A stretch of 63,903 nt of DNA, counting the filler, from Collodictyon triciliatum (lineage: Eukaryota), in assembly GCA_043381765.1 (NCBI GenBank). It is 5 parts of 5 records of this genome, joined end to end, with 100 filler letters (N's around TTAATTAATTAA, not from the genome) between each part and the next. Parts side by side here need not be neighbours in the genome. Positions count along the whole stretch, not along the records: positions 1 to 13,137 come from JBHJMP010002046.1; positions 13,238 to 26,368 come from JBHJMP010002049.1; 3 more parts are not named here. One strand, 5' to 3'. This document shows, piece after piece, positions 1 to 17,193 of the stretch (its first letter is position 1; the number at the start of each line of letters is the position of its first letter). Both the position numbers and the translations under genes were made by a program. The notes beneath the pieces were generated by a model, which worked only from the letters and a program-made list of their open reading frames with translations, was not told where the DNA came from and did not search any database.

Positions 1-5
1 TTTTT

Positions 6-207
6 TTTTTGTTTTTGTTTTTGTTTTTGTTTTTGTTTTTGTTTTTGTTTTTGTTTTTGTTTTTGTTTTTGTCTTTGTTTTTGTTTTTGTCTTTGTTTTT
101 GTTTTTGTTTTTGTCTTTGTTTTTGTTTTTGTCTTTGTTTTTGTTTTTGTTTTTGTTTTTGTTTTTGTTTTTGTTTTTGTTTTTGTTTTTGTTTTTGTTT
201 TTGTTTT
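6..207. repeat. (TTTTTG)n microsatellite
   Basis: Direct inspection. Confidence 0.95.
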
Positions 208-330
208 TCTTGTTGAAGATAAGTTTCGACGCGTTGAAGTTATTGAGGTTGCCTGTCCGAGGTTATGGGGTATGGTGGCACGTTAACTGCGCGATATTGA
301 TCGACTCTACAGTTCTGTATTGAAGGCTTC

Positions 331-5410
<5,080 letters not shown>

Positions 5411-5554
5411 GTACAGTTTCATCTCAATATATATATTTTTGTTATTATGGTCATTTTTACTGGTCAAATTGTAAGGCATATCATACCGAAAGTATTTCGA
5501 TTGGGAGCCGATTTGTGTTGAATCATCTAACTTTTGAAAATCATTCACTTAAAG

Positions 5555-5949
5555 ATTCAAGAAAAGTCCATGTCCAGAAAGAAAGCGAAACTACTCCCCA
5601 ATCTCACTACAATAGATAGCAATATACCGACATTGAAAAAAATGTGTCTCCCCGATATTTCTCTCCCGTTATGCCTAATCGTTTGCTACGGAATCGGATA
5701 TAATAATATCGGAATTCTTTTTATTCCGGTCGTATACTACGTTTCGAGGGCTATTACGAACCAGGAAGAAGAAAATCTCACCTTGGAAATCGTCGACAAG
5801 TTGAATCCTGTGTTTGGTGGCCATGGGGACGGTGTATGCATCATATTTATCTATTCATAAGAGATAAAAATGTAGAGTAGAATATTATGCTCCAGACTAT
5901 AACAATATACCACAATGTTATTGCTTAATATTTAAGACATTTTATGCTG

Positions 5950-6012
<63 letters not shown>

Positions 6013-9000
6013 TTCATTAGAGACTCAGATTAAGTGAAAGCGCTGAGTGGTTCAACCACTTTATTTTCGTGATGTGGGGTAAGAACATTCAAAATATAGA
6101 AAAATTCATGTCATCCGAGGTCGGTCGCTTGCTTGATCAAATCAGACCATCAGTGTTGGTACGTTCAAGCAATATTTTGGAATTATCTGCGTGGATGCAT
6201 TAAATTTTGCTTGATAAAATCTATTTGGACTCGTTTTTGACTCATGAATATGACAGACCACTCTTTACGTGAAAGAATCACGTGCTGGAGAAATCGCACC
6301 AAGAATCTTTAACGTTCAGGACTTGACATCCCCTCATAAATCAGAGATTGTTTGTCACCTAAAATTATTTATCATAAAGGGGATGATCAATATGCGGTGT
6401 GAAAGATACTTGAAAATACCTCCAATTCTTCTTTCTTATTCTACAATATTTGATTTTTTAATTGAAAATCCCATGCATTCTCCATCAAATTTAGATTTTT
6501 GAGTGCGATTTGCATTTCAATTTCGACGGGTACATCGCAATTGTTCTGGGAACTGATTTGTACTCATTTAACTTAAATCTCGAAGGGTTAGTACTTAAGT
6601 TCAAGGTGCGTTCCTATTCCTTAAATATCTTTGTGTCTGGTCATATCTTTGCTTCTAAAAAAAAAAAAAAGATATATAAAGCTTTCCCTTTTTTCTTTCA
6701 TTTTTTTTTATGCTTAAAAAATACTCCGATGTAAATAGTTACAACATTCATATTGGAATCCAGCTATATGTTGCTCTCCAACAAAAAGAGTTTTTATTCC
6801 AATAGCAACTGCGAGTTACTATGAAGACCATCCCACAGAATCCATTCTTTTCCCAAATTTCGATGCATGTGAATGATATCCCTGCTATCGATTTTAATGT
6901 CCATGCACCATTTATCGGGGATTTGACTGATATTCCTCCTTTAAAACAACACATAATGGAAAAAGTGAAGGTGTAATTCTCATATGTAACTTTTTTTTTT
7001 ATTTTTTACACTAGCCTCAATGTTATCATAACCGATTCTACTAAATGATTTGTTTTCTTCCCAAAGAAAATGCAGCAAAACTTCAGCTACTCACAAACTT
7101 ACTTCATATACACAAGAGTGCTTTGCACAAAAAATTCGTCCAAGATTCGTTCACAATAACGCTTGCAAAAGAATTTAAGGAAATTTCTTTTGAGCTTTTG
7201 GTGACTTTGAAAGAGGGCCGAAACTTCCCCAGCACAGATCTAGATGGTAAGAAATATGTCTTTTTCTTCTCTCTGAATGATTGCCATCAAATGGACGACA
7301 ATAAGTTGTGAGGATATACTAAACATCGAACCAAGGACTGAGCGATCCCTACTGTATTCTGGCTATTGAGAGCGAAACGAAAACGAGCGATATAAGACAC
7401 AATACTCTTAATCCAACGTGGAATCAAACTTTTGTTTTCCCGATATCATATTGGTAAACTCTATTCTCAATCACCATATTTTACATCCTGTTGTGACCAA
7501 TTTTTTTTTTGACATGAAATACAATAGGCTCGGGCTCGGAATCCAAAAGGAATTATCTCTAAGGTTTTATGATCACAACATTTCATCCGATAAATTTATC
7601 GGATGCGCCAGGGTACCGCGCATAGCTTCAAAATACTTCTAATGTTTTTTATTTTATTTTTATTTTGAAATTATAAATAGGCATAAATAGCATAAAATGA
7701 GTCGAAAGATATCGAGAATTCAAATTATTGCTTAATGTCGTTGGAAATAGATTTCGCTGCGTAACTTGAAGCCGGGACTCTCTTGTGATAAAGTACTCGA
7801 TTTGTTTGACTCCACAACGGGTTCGGTCCATGTATCAGTACTTCTGCAGCCGAAGGAAGGTACCCATATGGCTAAAATGCGAAACGGTTAACGAAGTAGC
7901 AAACTTCACTTCATTTTGTAGACAGTCTATCATAATTTTGATTCATTTCAACATGGATTTTATGTTTATTCAACGAAACGGAATGTAACAGAGTTTCAAG
8001 AGACTGAAGGACTGGTAGATATTTGCATAAAAAGTCTAAACAATCCTTCCAGAGTTCCAGCTCGTGAGTTATTATAATTTCCAAACACAACAATATTCAT
8101 TTTTTCCCGATAGCTAACCATTTCTTTTACTCTTTATTCAACAGGTTCAATATTTTATGTCTGTGTAAACCAAGGAGTGAGCCAAACTTCTAAGCCACAG
8201 CGCTACTCGGAAACGTCTCAAGTTCCTGTCAAAATATCTGTTCCAACACTGGACATATCATATGGAAAAGTTTATATCTACGTAATACTTGTTGTCTTGC
8301 TGCGTAAATCCTTGATCCAAAAAATTATTTATTTTATTTTTTTACTTTTTAATTTTTCTTACATAATTATTACAAATTAATAACTACTCTCTTTCCTTAA
8401 ACAACTTGCGCATAACTGGGTGCAGGTCTATGAGGAACCTGAGGTATTTCTGGGAACAACGAGCATCGACCTGTCAAAAATGGTTTCTGATATAGAAAAC
8501 AACATAAATTTATGGATTAGTGATGATTTCAATGCCACGCTTGATATTTCTGTAAAGAAATCTGTTTGGAGTCAAACACAACCAATCAGTAATTTTTTTA
8601 TCTATATTGATCAATATTAAAAAAAAAAACTGATTAATACCTTATTAACAATTCATGATAAAATGCGAAAGTTCCCTTATCTGCCAGTCTTCGCATTTCA
8701 GTGGCAGACGTTCAAAATTTTCACTCGCAACATAAGAGTAAATTGAGTTGATTTTTCCTATTTCCCGTATAAATACCTATTTTTTTTAAAGATAATATTT
8801 GTGCATACATTTATTAATCATGTACAATCTATGAATTTAATAGCCCCAAATACGATGTTATCAAAGACAGCAGTTCAGATAACAAAGACATTAATGGGTC
8901 CAGAGAAACCTGTAAGCCTTGATTAGGAAATTAAGGGGTGCTTCCCCTAAAATTGTTATTTAACATATATTCGCTTTTTTTATTTATATTAATATATGTT

Positions 9001-10151
9001 TTACATAATGTTTCTTGATTTATAATGCTAGCTATAGTCACCATTCTGCTTTTTTTTCTTTTCAACAGCTTGTTTGTGTCGTTCGTGCCGGAGGTCTTTT
9101 TCATACGATGAATATCGACCCACTACCAAGGAACGGAGTCGATATCCAGGTCGAAGATTGTCGGAACCAAACCATCTTTGTCTATATCGTGGAGAAAGGC
9201 GATTCTCCTGAGGACTACCTCGGTGAAGTTATTGTAAGTACACCATCTATTGTTTCAATCAAACCATCATGAGTAACGTGTATTCATCTTAAAAGAGTTC
9301 TTTTCCATGTAAAAAAATGTCACTCTACTTAATACCATAGTTACGAAAATATGTGTTTGTGCATTAGGGAGTGATAAATAAATAAAATTAATTAATTTTT
9401 TTTCTATCTATACATCATTTAGATTCCTATGGGCAGTCTGCCATTTTACGAGAAAGTGGACGAGTGGTATCCCATTAAGTTATCACGTTCAGGACATTCA
9501 CAGGAAACTCCGATGCTGCGGGTTGAGATGGTCGTCATACCCGAAAAACAACATTAGTTGCCTTTTTTTTTCCTATAATTTTAGAAACGAAGAAATCTTA
9601 CCAGAGCCGTCTTTTGGTATCCGTGTGTGTCTTGAAAAAGCGGACACAGAAAACATCGATGAGATGGTGAAGCCAAGAAACAACTTAAAATCATTTCAAA
9701 TCAAATACTTTGGTGTCGCCTTTCAAAATATTCCTTCACAGTCTAATTCAATTAACTTGCTTATGTATTTTATCACTGGGAAATTATCACATTCATTCAC
9801 CATTTTTTTTTTTTTGACATTGATAATCCGAGTACGTAAAGGCCCAAGGATTGGCTGATATCAAAATTAGTGGTGTTCTTGGAACCAAAATGAAAGTATG
9901 TGATCGTTTTTTTTTTATTTGAGAATGATTACGATGGGAAACTGCGAGGATGAAGTGTAGTCAACAAAGATGATGGGATACACAAAAATACGTAGTTCTG
10001 GTGGAAGAGAAGGTGACGACACAAACAGCGATGATTCATTTTTAGCGTGCGATGTGAGCTTTTTTTACAGGACGCTACAATAAGCTGGCAGACTATAACT
10101 CAGATAGACATACCGCAATTTCTTTCCCTCGGTGCATCAGCAGCAAAGTGA
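5555..10151 (+). CDS. Extended synaptotagmin/tricalbin-like module: hydrophobic hairpin + SMP (TULIP) domain + several C2 domains; multi-exon
   Basis: Hairpin LPLCLIVCYGIGYNNIGILFIPVVYY; SMP start ESAEWFNHFIFVMW and later SRAGEIAPRIFNV; C2A LVTLKEGRNFPSTDLDGLSDPYC...TLNPTWNQTFVF...FYDHNISSDKFIG; later C2-like DYLGEVI|IPMGSLPFYEKVDEWYPI. Putative stop TGA at 10149-10151. Confidence 0.8.
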
Positions 10152-10186
10152 CGCAAACAAAAGAGAAAAAAAGCCTCTGACTCGCG

Positions 10187-13137
10187 CTATCCATGTGCAA
10201 TTTCGTCGGGCTTTGCATTTCTTGGCTCACGGAGTAGCGATTCTTGATAGAGCTGCGCCTCATCAGGCTCCGGAAGGTCAATCAAACGAACGTGTATTTC
10301 CTATGGAGGCGCATATACAGTTTTAGAAGACTTTACTGGCATGAATTTCTTCGTGTAATTACAGAATGACCTCGGTATTCCATCAAGCATAAAGTAGGTT
10401 ATTTCGAAAAAATAGAGGCAGAGAGCTATTTAATATACTTCGTTCAAAGGAATATCGTATCGAGAAGCTTGAAAACGAGTGGCTTTTTCGATGACCCTTT
10501 ATCCGCGTAAACAAAACGGGGATTTTAAAATTATTCATAACAATGTGATAGCAGTTGGGAATAGAATTCGCAGCAATCTTAAGCCCTATTTGATGATTTT
10601 GTAAGCAAACCTGAATACAAGCTCTCGCTTATGAAAATTAATGAGCCCGTTGCAATAGTTTGGGTTACCATGTTCCAGGAATGTTAAATCGGTCAAGAAC
10701 ATACCTGTAGAGATTGTCTTAATGTATAAACTTTTATGCATTAAAAAGCTATCGTTTTGATGGCGCTTTGTTTGATTAAAAACCTCTGCAAAACGGATGG
10801 GAACAGGTGAAGCCAGGAACCGGTCGACAATATTGCAAACATGAATTTTAGTTGAGTTTCAAATTCATAGTGTTTGATTTTTGTCATTAGATGAAGCCAC
10901 TCACAAGTATGGGACAGAAGGGGGGCTAACTTTGTCCAGGATTTTACGGTAATTTCGGAAAGACGAGTCCCAACTCATGAGCTGGTTAAAATTATGAAGT
11001 GTCTACCCAACGATAAATATAGTTTCATGACTTTTTATTAATTTTTTTAAAAGAAAAACAACAAATTCATGTTTGCTATTGTAAAAAATAACATAAAAGT
11101 ATTTAAAAAAACCCAGGTGTTTGTGGTATGAAGCTTACTTTCTTTGTGGAGCGATTCAAGGAGCCGCTAGTGTATTTTAGGCGATGAACAGCGGAGCAAA
11201 ATAACCCCGAAGTCACAGCAAAGAGTCCATTGAAATTATTCAATTCAAATAGGTGCTGAAAAAAAGAATCGTTAAGTATGTTTTTATGAATATTGGAAAT
11301 GTATTACCAGTAATTCGGTTTCAGTTATATGGACAGACTATGCATCATTAGTCACTCATAATTTCCTTCATCATTGAGAACAAGAAAATAAAAGAAAGGG
11401 GAAGCTGATAACGTATCCATGTAAACTTACTTCGGCAATCTTTGTGAATTGCGCCATGAGCCTTGCTCGCTCTTTTACAGTTTTTCCATTTATCACACTC
11501 GCCGCTACCCAAGCTGAAATCTTAAGGTGTATGAATTAAATATTAAAAACGAAAAATGAAACATTAAGGGTAAACAATTAAATTTTTATTACTTGATTAA
11601 ATCTTTGAGTCATGAGCACGATATTAGGACATTTGTACTGGAGATTTGATTCGCTCCAGGTTATGTGAAGAAGCTCGAAAGTCTTGGTTTATACATAGAG
11701 TTTAGCAACTTATTGTTTCTTCAAGTGCCCCAATATGATGAGATTAAACCGAGTAAAGTAAGACCTTAATGGATGAGTAAACTTGGAAATCAATCAATGT
11801 GATTTGGCGGGCAAGCTCTTCTACATCAAATTCATGAATCATTCTTAGCTGTTGCTCGTTGGGTAGTGCTGTCTGTAATTGCAATATAGAAGTTTATTAA
11901 GAAAGAAACATAATTCATCGTTAATTCACATTCTGGAGCGAGTAATATTCCATCTTTAAAATGAAAAATGGTCTTACGCGATAGTTTCTAGAAACATCCA
12001 AAAGACGCTTCCAGGACAACTTATGCACTTCGTAAGGCTTCTCTGTACGAAACACCTAGAGTCCAAAGAGCAGGGTTATATGAGGCACACCTAACTGCAA
12101 AAAAACAAAGTGCATGTATTTTACATTTTCATAAATCAAACCCTATTCCGAATTTCTTCACTGACTTTTGAAGTATAATCAAAATATTCAGGTTGGGTCT
12201 TTTCTATTTCCTTCATAAAAAGCTCGATTTCTTGATGTTTTTTTTTTTCATATGAAAACAAAGTAATAGAGGATTTACAAAATCTGATAATTTGAGGCAC
12301 TGAAAGTATTTCGTTGAGGGGAATTTTGGATTCAATATGACAAATGAGAGAGATAGGCGCGTATAAAATATGATTCACCCACCAATACTAGTCGATGTTG
12401 AAATGTTGTATGAATATCCAGAAACCCAGGAGAGCAGGCATCTGAGAACTGTTCTTTGAATAGGAATCTAGCAACCAATATTGGAAGATAGAAAGTATTT
12501 GTTGGATAAATACGAGTAATCTAAATAAAATATGTCTCTATTTTGACAGGCTCACAAGGCACTGAGAAATGAACCTGGATGTCGTCTTGCCAACAATACC
12601 ATATGTTGCCTTCAGTACTTGAAGGCGATGGAACATCGAATCTACGAGGAAATAGAAAAAAATCTGAATATTTTTTTCTTTGTAGATTAAACTGCACGAA
12701 ATTTCTTATTTTTATATGACTATATCATTTATATAGAACAGTCACGAAAAAAATGGGAGTATAATGTCATGCGTTCAGGAACTGGCGTCTCACCGTTGCT
12801 TCAACTTCTGCAAAACAGTAGTCGAACTGGCAAAGGTTGGATACGTGGAAAAAAAGACATTTTCGTAATCAGAATCCTGAAACTGGGCATCAGTCAGCCT
12901 TTCGATCAGTTTGTTCAGAGTAGCAGAGAAAATTGGTCGAATTGTGCTTCTTTGAATCCTAAAATTAATTAATCTTCTTTTCATAAAAAAACAAAACAAG
13001 ACCTGAATTTTTTTTTAAAAGTCTGAACTATATTTCAATTGTTCCTCGTTTTTTTTTTTTTTTTTTAGCGAGAGATCTAACCCGGCGGTGCTCTTCGGCA
13101 CATAATCACCGATTTTTTTATTAGATTTTGGTTCCCC
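10187..13137 (-). CDS. RasGEF (REM + CDC25 domains), 5' truncated at the contig end
   Basis: REM SATLNKLIERLT...FFSTYPTF; CDC25 motifs EELARQITLIDF, FNQISAWVA, LNNFNGLFAV, PSVPYLGMFLTDLTFLEHGNP; C-terminus LYQESLLREPRNAKPDEIAHG* (TAG 10187-10189). Confidence 0.93.
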
Positions 13138-13237
13138 NNNNNNNNNNNNNNNNNNNNNNNNNNNNNNNNNNNNNNNNNNNNTTAATTAATTAANNNNNNN
13201 NNNNNNNNNNNNNNNNNNNNNNNNNNNNNNNNNNNNN
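13138..13237. other. Artificial contig spacer (N44-TTAATTAATTAA-N44)
   Basis: Six-frame-stop linker flanked by fixed N runs; identical at four places. Confidence 0.97.
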
Positions 13238-13278
<41 letters not shown>

Positions 13279-13363
13279 ATTTTTTCTTTTTTTTTTTTTT
13301 GCATTTTTGCGTGATTCTAACGCGCACCCGCCAATAATGGGGGTTTTTTATGTTGATTTATTA

Positions 13364-16300
13364 GTGGTGAAAGTGGAGCTGGAAAGACAGAGACAAGCAA
13401 ACACGTCATGAAATTTCTTGTGAATGTAAGTCACCTACCTTCCGCTAATTCTCTCCATGGTATATGACATAAACGAAAAATGAATAAATTATGAGAATAA
13501 TAACCTTAATTTACGGGAAAAAAAGGTTGGAGGAAGTCAAGGCGCTGGTCGTTCTATCGTAGAGGACCGAATTCTTCAAAGCAACCCAATACTAGAGGCT
13601 TTTGGAAATGCCAAAACACCAAGAAATAACAACTCGTCACGATTTGTAAGTTCTAAAATAACCATAATTGCCCAACAAAAAAGAAAGAAAGAAAGAAGTG
13701 ACGAAATGATTAATTGACAAAATAGGGTAAATTCATTCAAATCCGCTTCAATAAAGCCTTTCAAGTTTGCGGAGCAACAATCGTAACATGTATAAAGCAA
13801 TTAATTTTTCCTTAATTATTCAATAAGGGTTCATATTTAGGCATATCTATTGAATTTTTAGTACGCTGCTCTGACTAAACTTTTATGTGTAATATTCAAA
13901 TGGATGTTGTGAATTTCTTCTGATGAACTAGACTTGTTGGAAAAGGTTTAATTTTGTCTATCTATATATATCGAGCAAATCAACCGGTTTTTCTATTATG
14001 TTTTTTTCAAGTAACTAATCTTTACTCTAATATAGTCGAGACTCATCTTTCAGAGCCCTGGAAATCGAAACTATCACATCTTTTACCAACTTATTGCTGG
14101 GCTGACCGAAAAAGAAAAGAGTACTCTAATATCCCAATAAAATATGCTATATTTCCCATTTAATGTCCTATATTCTGACTTTCCGCTCATCATCCACTTG
14201 TAGCGGAAATGCATCTTACGGAGCCCAAGGATTATCATTACTTGAATCAAGGCGGGGATTCTAAAATACCTGGTGTGTCTGATGCCCATGAATTCAGTGA
14301 AGTCAGGGTAAGGACTTCGTCTATAAAAATCGCACAGAAGTAGATTCACTTGAGTAATCTTTGATTTTAAGTTGTTTTTTTAAGTATGTACTATATTAAT
14401 TTAGAAAGCATTCAAAGCCTTTGGAGTTGACGAGGAGCAACAAATCCAAATCTTCCGTTTGTTGGCTGGTATTTTGCATCTTGGAAATATCACGTTTGTG
14501 GCTACAATGGCAAGAGACGACTCATGCAAAATCGAAAATGAAGAGAGTGAGTTTTTAAATTTTATCCTTTGCTCTCAAGTAAAGTTCCTGCCCAACATGA
14601 CGATTAAACAACAAATTATTAGCCTTCCGCATCGCAGCCGGTTTGCTCTCTGTTGACCCGGCAGTTCTTATGCGATCACTTTTGTATCGCATTATTGTGG
14701 CTGGAACATCAAAAGTCGAAACACCGATGAAACTGCAAGAGGTATTCTATTATTCATTTTGCTATTTATTTCGAGAATTCGTTTAAAAGAAGGATGTCAG
14801 AATTTTTAGTGCGATAATAACACTTTACCAATGGTATATACCATTAGGCCAACTACTCCCGAGATGCTCTTGCAAAAACTATGTATGACCAACTGTTTTC
14901 TTGGATTGTTGCACGAATCAACGCTCTCTTATCCGATGATATTCAAGACACACTTTTTATTGGTATTCTCGACATCTTTGGATTCGAATCGTTTGAAGTG
15001 AATACTTTTGAGCAGCTTTGGTAATTATATACTATTGCATATGAAACCTGTATGTGCTTGATTTACATTCGTTTTACTTTGACTTTACCTTTGACTTTAC
15101 CTTTGACTTTGCCTTAAACTTTGTCTTTGACTTTTCCTTAAACAATAGTATCAATTATGCTAACGAAAAGCTACAACAGCAATTCAATCAGCAAATCTTC
15201 AAATCAGTGAGCACACAACAATATATCTTCCTGTTGGTGTTTCTGTTCTACTTATGTCTACAATACTTTAGGAATTAGATGTGTATCGTTTGGAAGCTAT
15301 CAGAGCTCCTGAGGTTCATTACATCGATAACCAAGATTGCCTTGATTTGATGGAAAAGGTTTTTTTTTTTATACTTTAAGTAAAAAATAAGGATGGAAAT
15401 TGAAATTTCATATCAATTTATATTCTGATTGATAAATCACAAAGGGCAGAGTCACTAATATTGTAATTTTAAAGCCTGCCACGGGGATCTTTGGGCTTCT
15501 GGATGAGCAATGTCGGCTACCAAAACCTTCGGATGCCGCATTTACTACCACCGTTCTCTCGAAAAATAACCATAATAATCATTTGTCCACTCCGAAAGTT
15601 TCATCCAAAGGAAAACGCTCATCTCTTCGCCAAGATGAGGCGTTTGTCATCAAACATTACGCCGGAGAAGTAAGCTTTTTTTTCTTCCCTTTATTCGATT
15701 TAAAGTCGGAGAAGTGAGCTTTATTGCTTCTTTTTCTTTATTGCTTCTTTTTCTTTTTCTTTTTCTTTTTCTTTTTCTTTTTCTTTTTCTTTTTCTTTTT
15801 CTTTTTCTTTTTCTTTTTCTTTTTCTTTTTCTTTTTCTTTTTCTTTTCTAAGTATTTCGATTGCTAATCGAGAATAGTCACAGATACTTTATCATGAATT
15901 TATATCTAGTCAACACGACTTTAGGTATGCTACAAGACTGCCGGCTTCATAGACAAAAACAATGACAACGTCAACACAGAGCTCTTGGCTGTGTGCTTCA
16001 AATCGTCCAATACAATAATCCAACAGCTTGTCAATACACAGGATGACTCGTGTACGTTGGAGAAGTTACCAACTCATGAGCCTCCATTGGCATACTATCC
16101 GTCTTTCTTTTGAAAAAATACTAAATTCTTTTGTTATACTCAAATCTATGATGTTCTAGCCGCCTCTGTCGGTCGCGGAGAACGACGACTGACTTCTGAT
16201 ACTCCAAGTCGACGAAACAAGGACAGCGTTGGCTCCCAATTTTGTGTATGTCGAATTCTTCTTTTTCTTTCAATGGTGGTGTTGATGATAATACCAACTG

Positions 16301-17137
16301 CCTTGAAATATTATTTAAATTAATTGCTTTGAACCGCTTCATGTATCATGCCCCGAACTTGGGTTTACTGATGAAATCTTTAGACTCAGCTGAAAAATCT
16401 CATCGCCCTGCTGAACCGAACTTCATGCCATTTTATCCGTTGTATCAAACCAAATATGGCTCAGAAGCCCCAGGAATTCACCAGCTTGAATGTAATTGAG
16501 CAACTCCGATGCAACGGAATGGTTGATGCCCTGACATTAATGCATGCCGGCTACCCAACTCGCTGCTTCTATTCTGACCTCTATGAAAGGTTCGTAACAT
16601 ACCATCGATTTGTTGATAATTCATTCCCGCGCCTTGCGATGGATGAACACCGAAATCATGCAAAAGTTGTACCAGCTAAAATCCTGAAAACAGTATTTGT
16701 ATATAAAAAAAATACTACAAATAGATTCAAGTCCATCATGCCTCCATCCATCTGCAAGCTCAAACCTCCAATCTTCACAGAGGCACTTGTTATGGCTTTG
16801 GAGTGCAATCGGGATGACTTTCAATTGGGTTTGACACGAATTTTCTTTCGTTCTGGAAAGGTGGGTTTCATAGCAGGCCATATTATGCATATGTTAGCTA
16901 GTTTTGAGATATTTTGTTAGATACGTAACATCCAATTTTATACAAGCAGGGAGTGGTAATTCTGTTGTATTATATATTCTTGTATAGCTGGCGTTTCTCG
17001 AGGAACTTAGAGGACAAGGAAATGCTAAAATTGATCCGGCCCTTGTTGTCAAAATTCAGAAGTACTTGGCTCGAAAAATGTTTCGCAAAGGAATCTGGAC
17101 AACTCGTGCAGCGTTGAAGAGTAAGTGCATATTGCCA

Positions 17138-17193
<56 letters not shown>

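Noticed and set aside
9-323. Low-complexity ORFs (poly-FL, poly-I, poly-L, poly-Y, poly-V, poly-T) here and at 4406, 32507, 42283, 56993, 57042 and 62506
   Set aside because: They are translations of microsatellites in introns or intergenic DNA.
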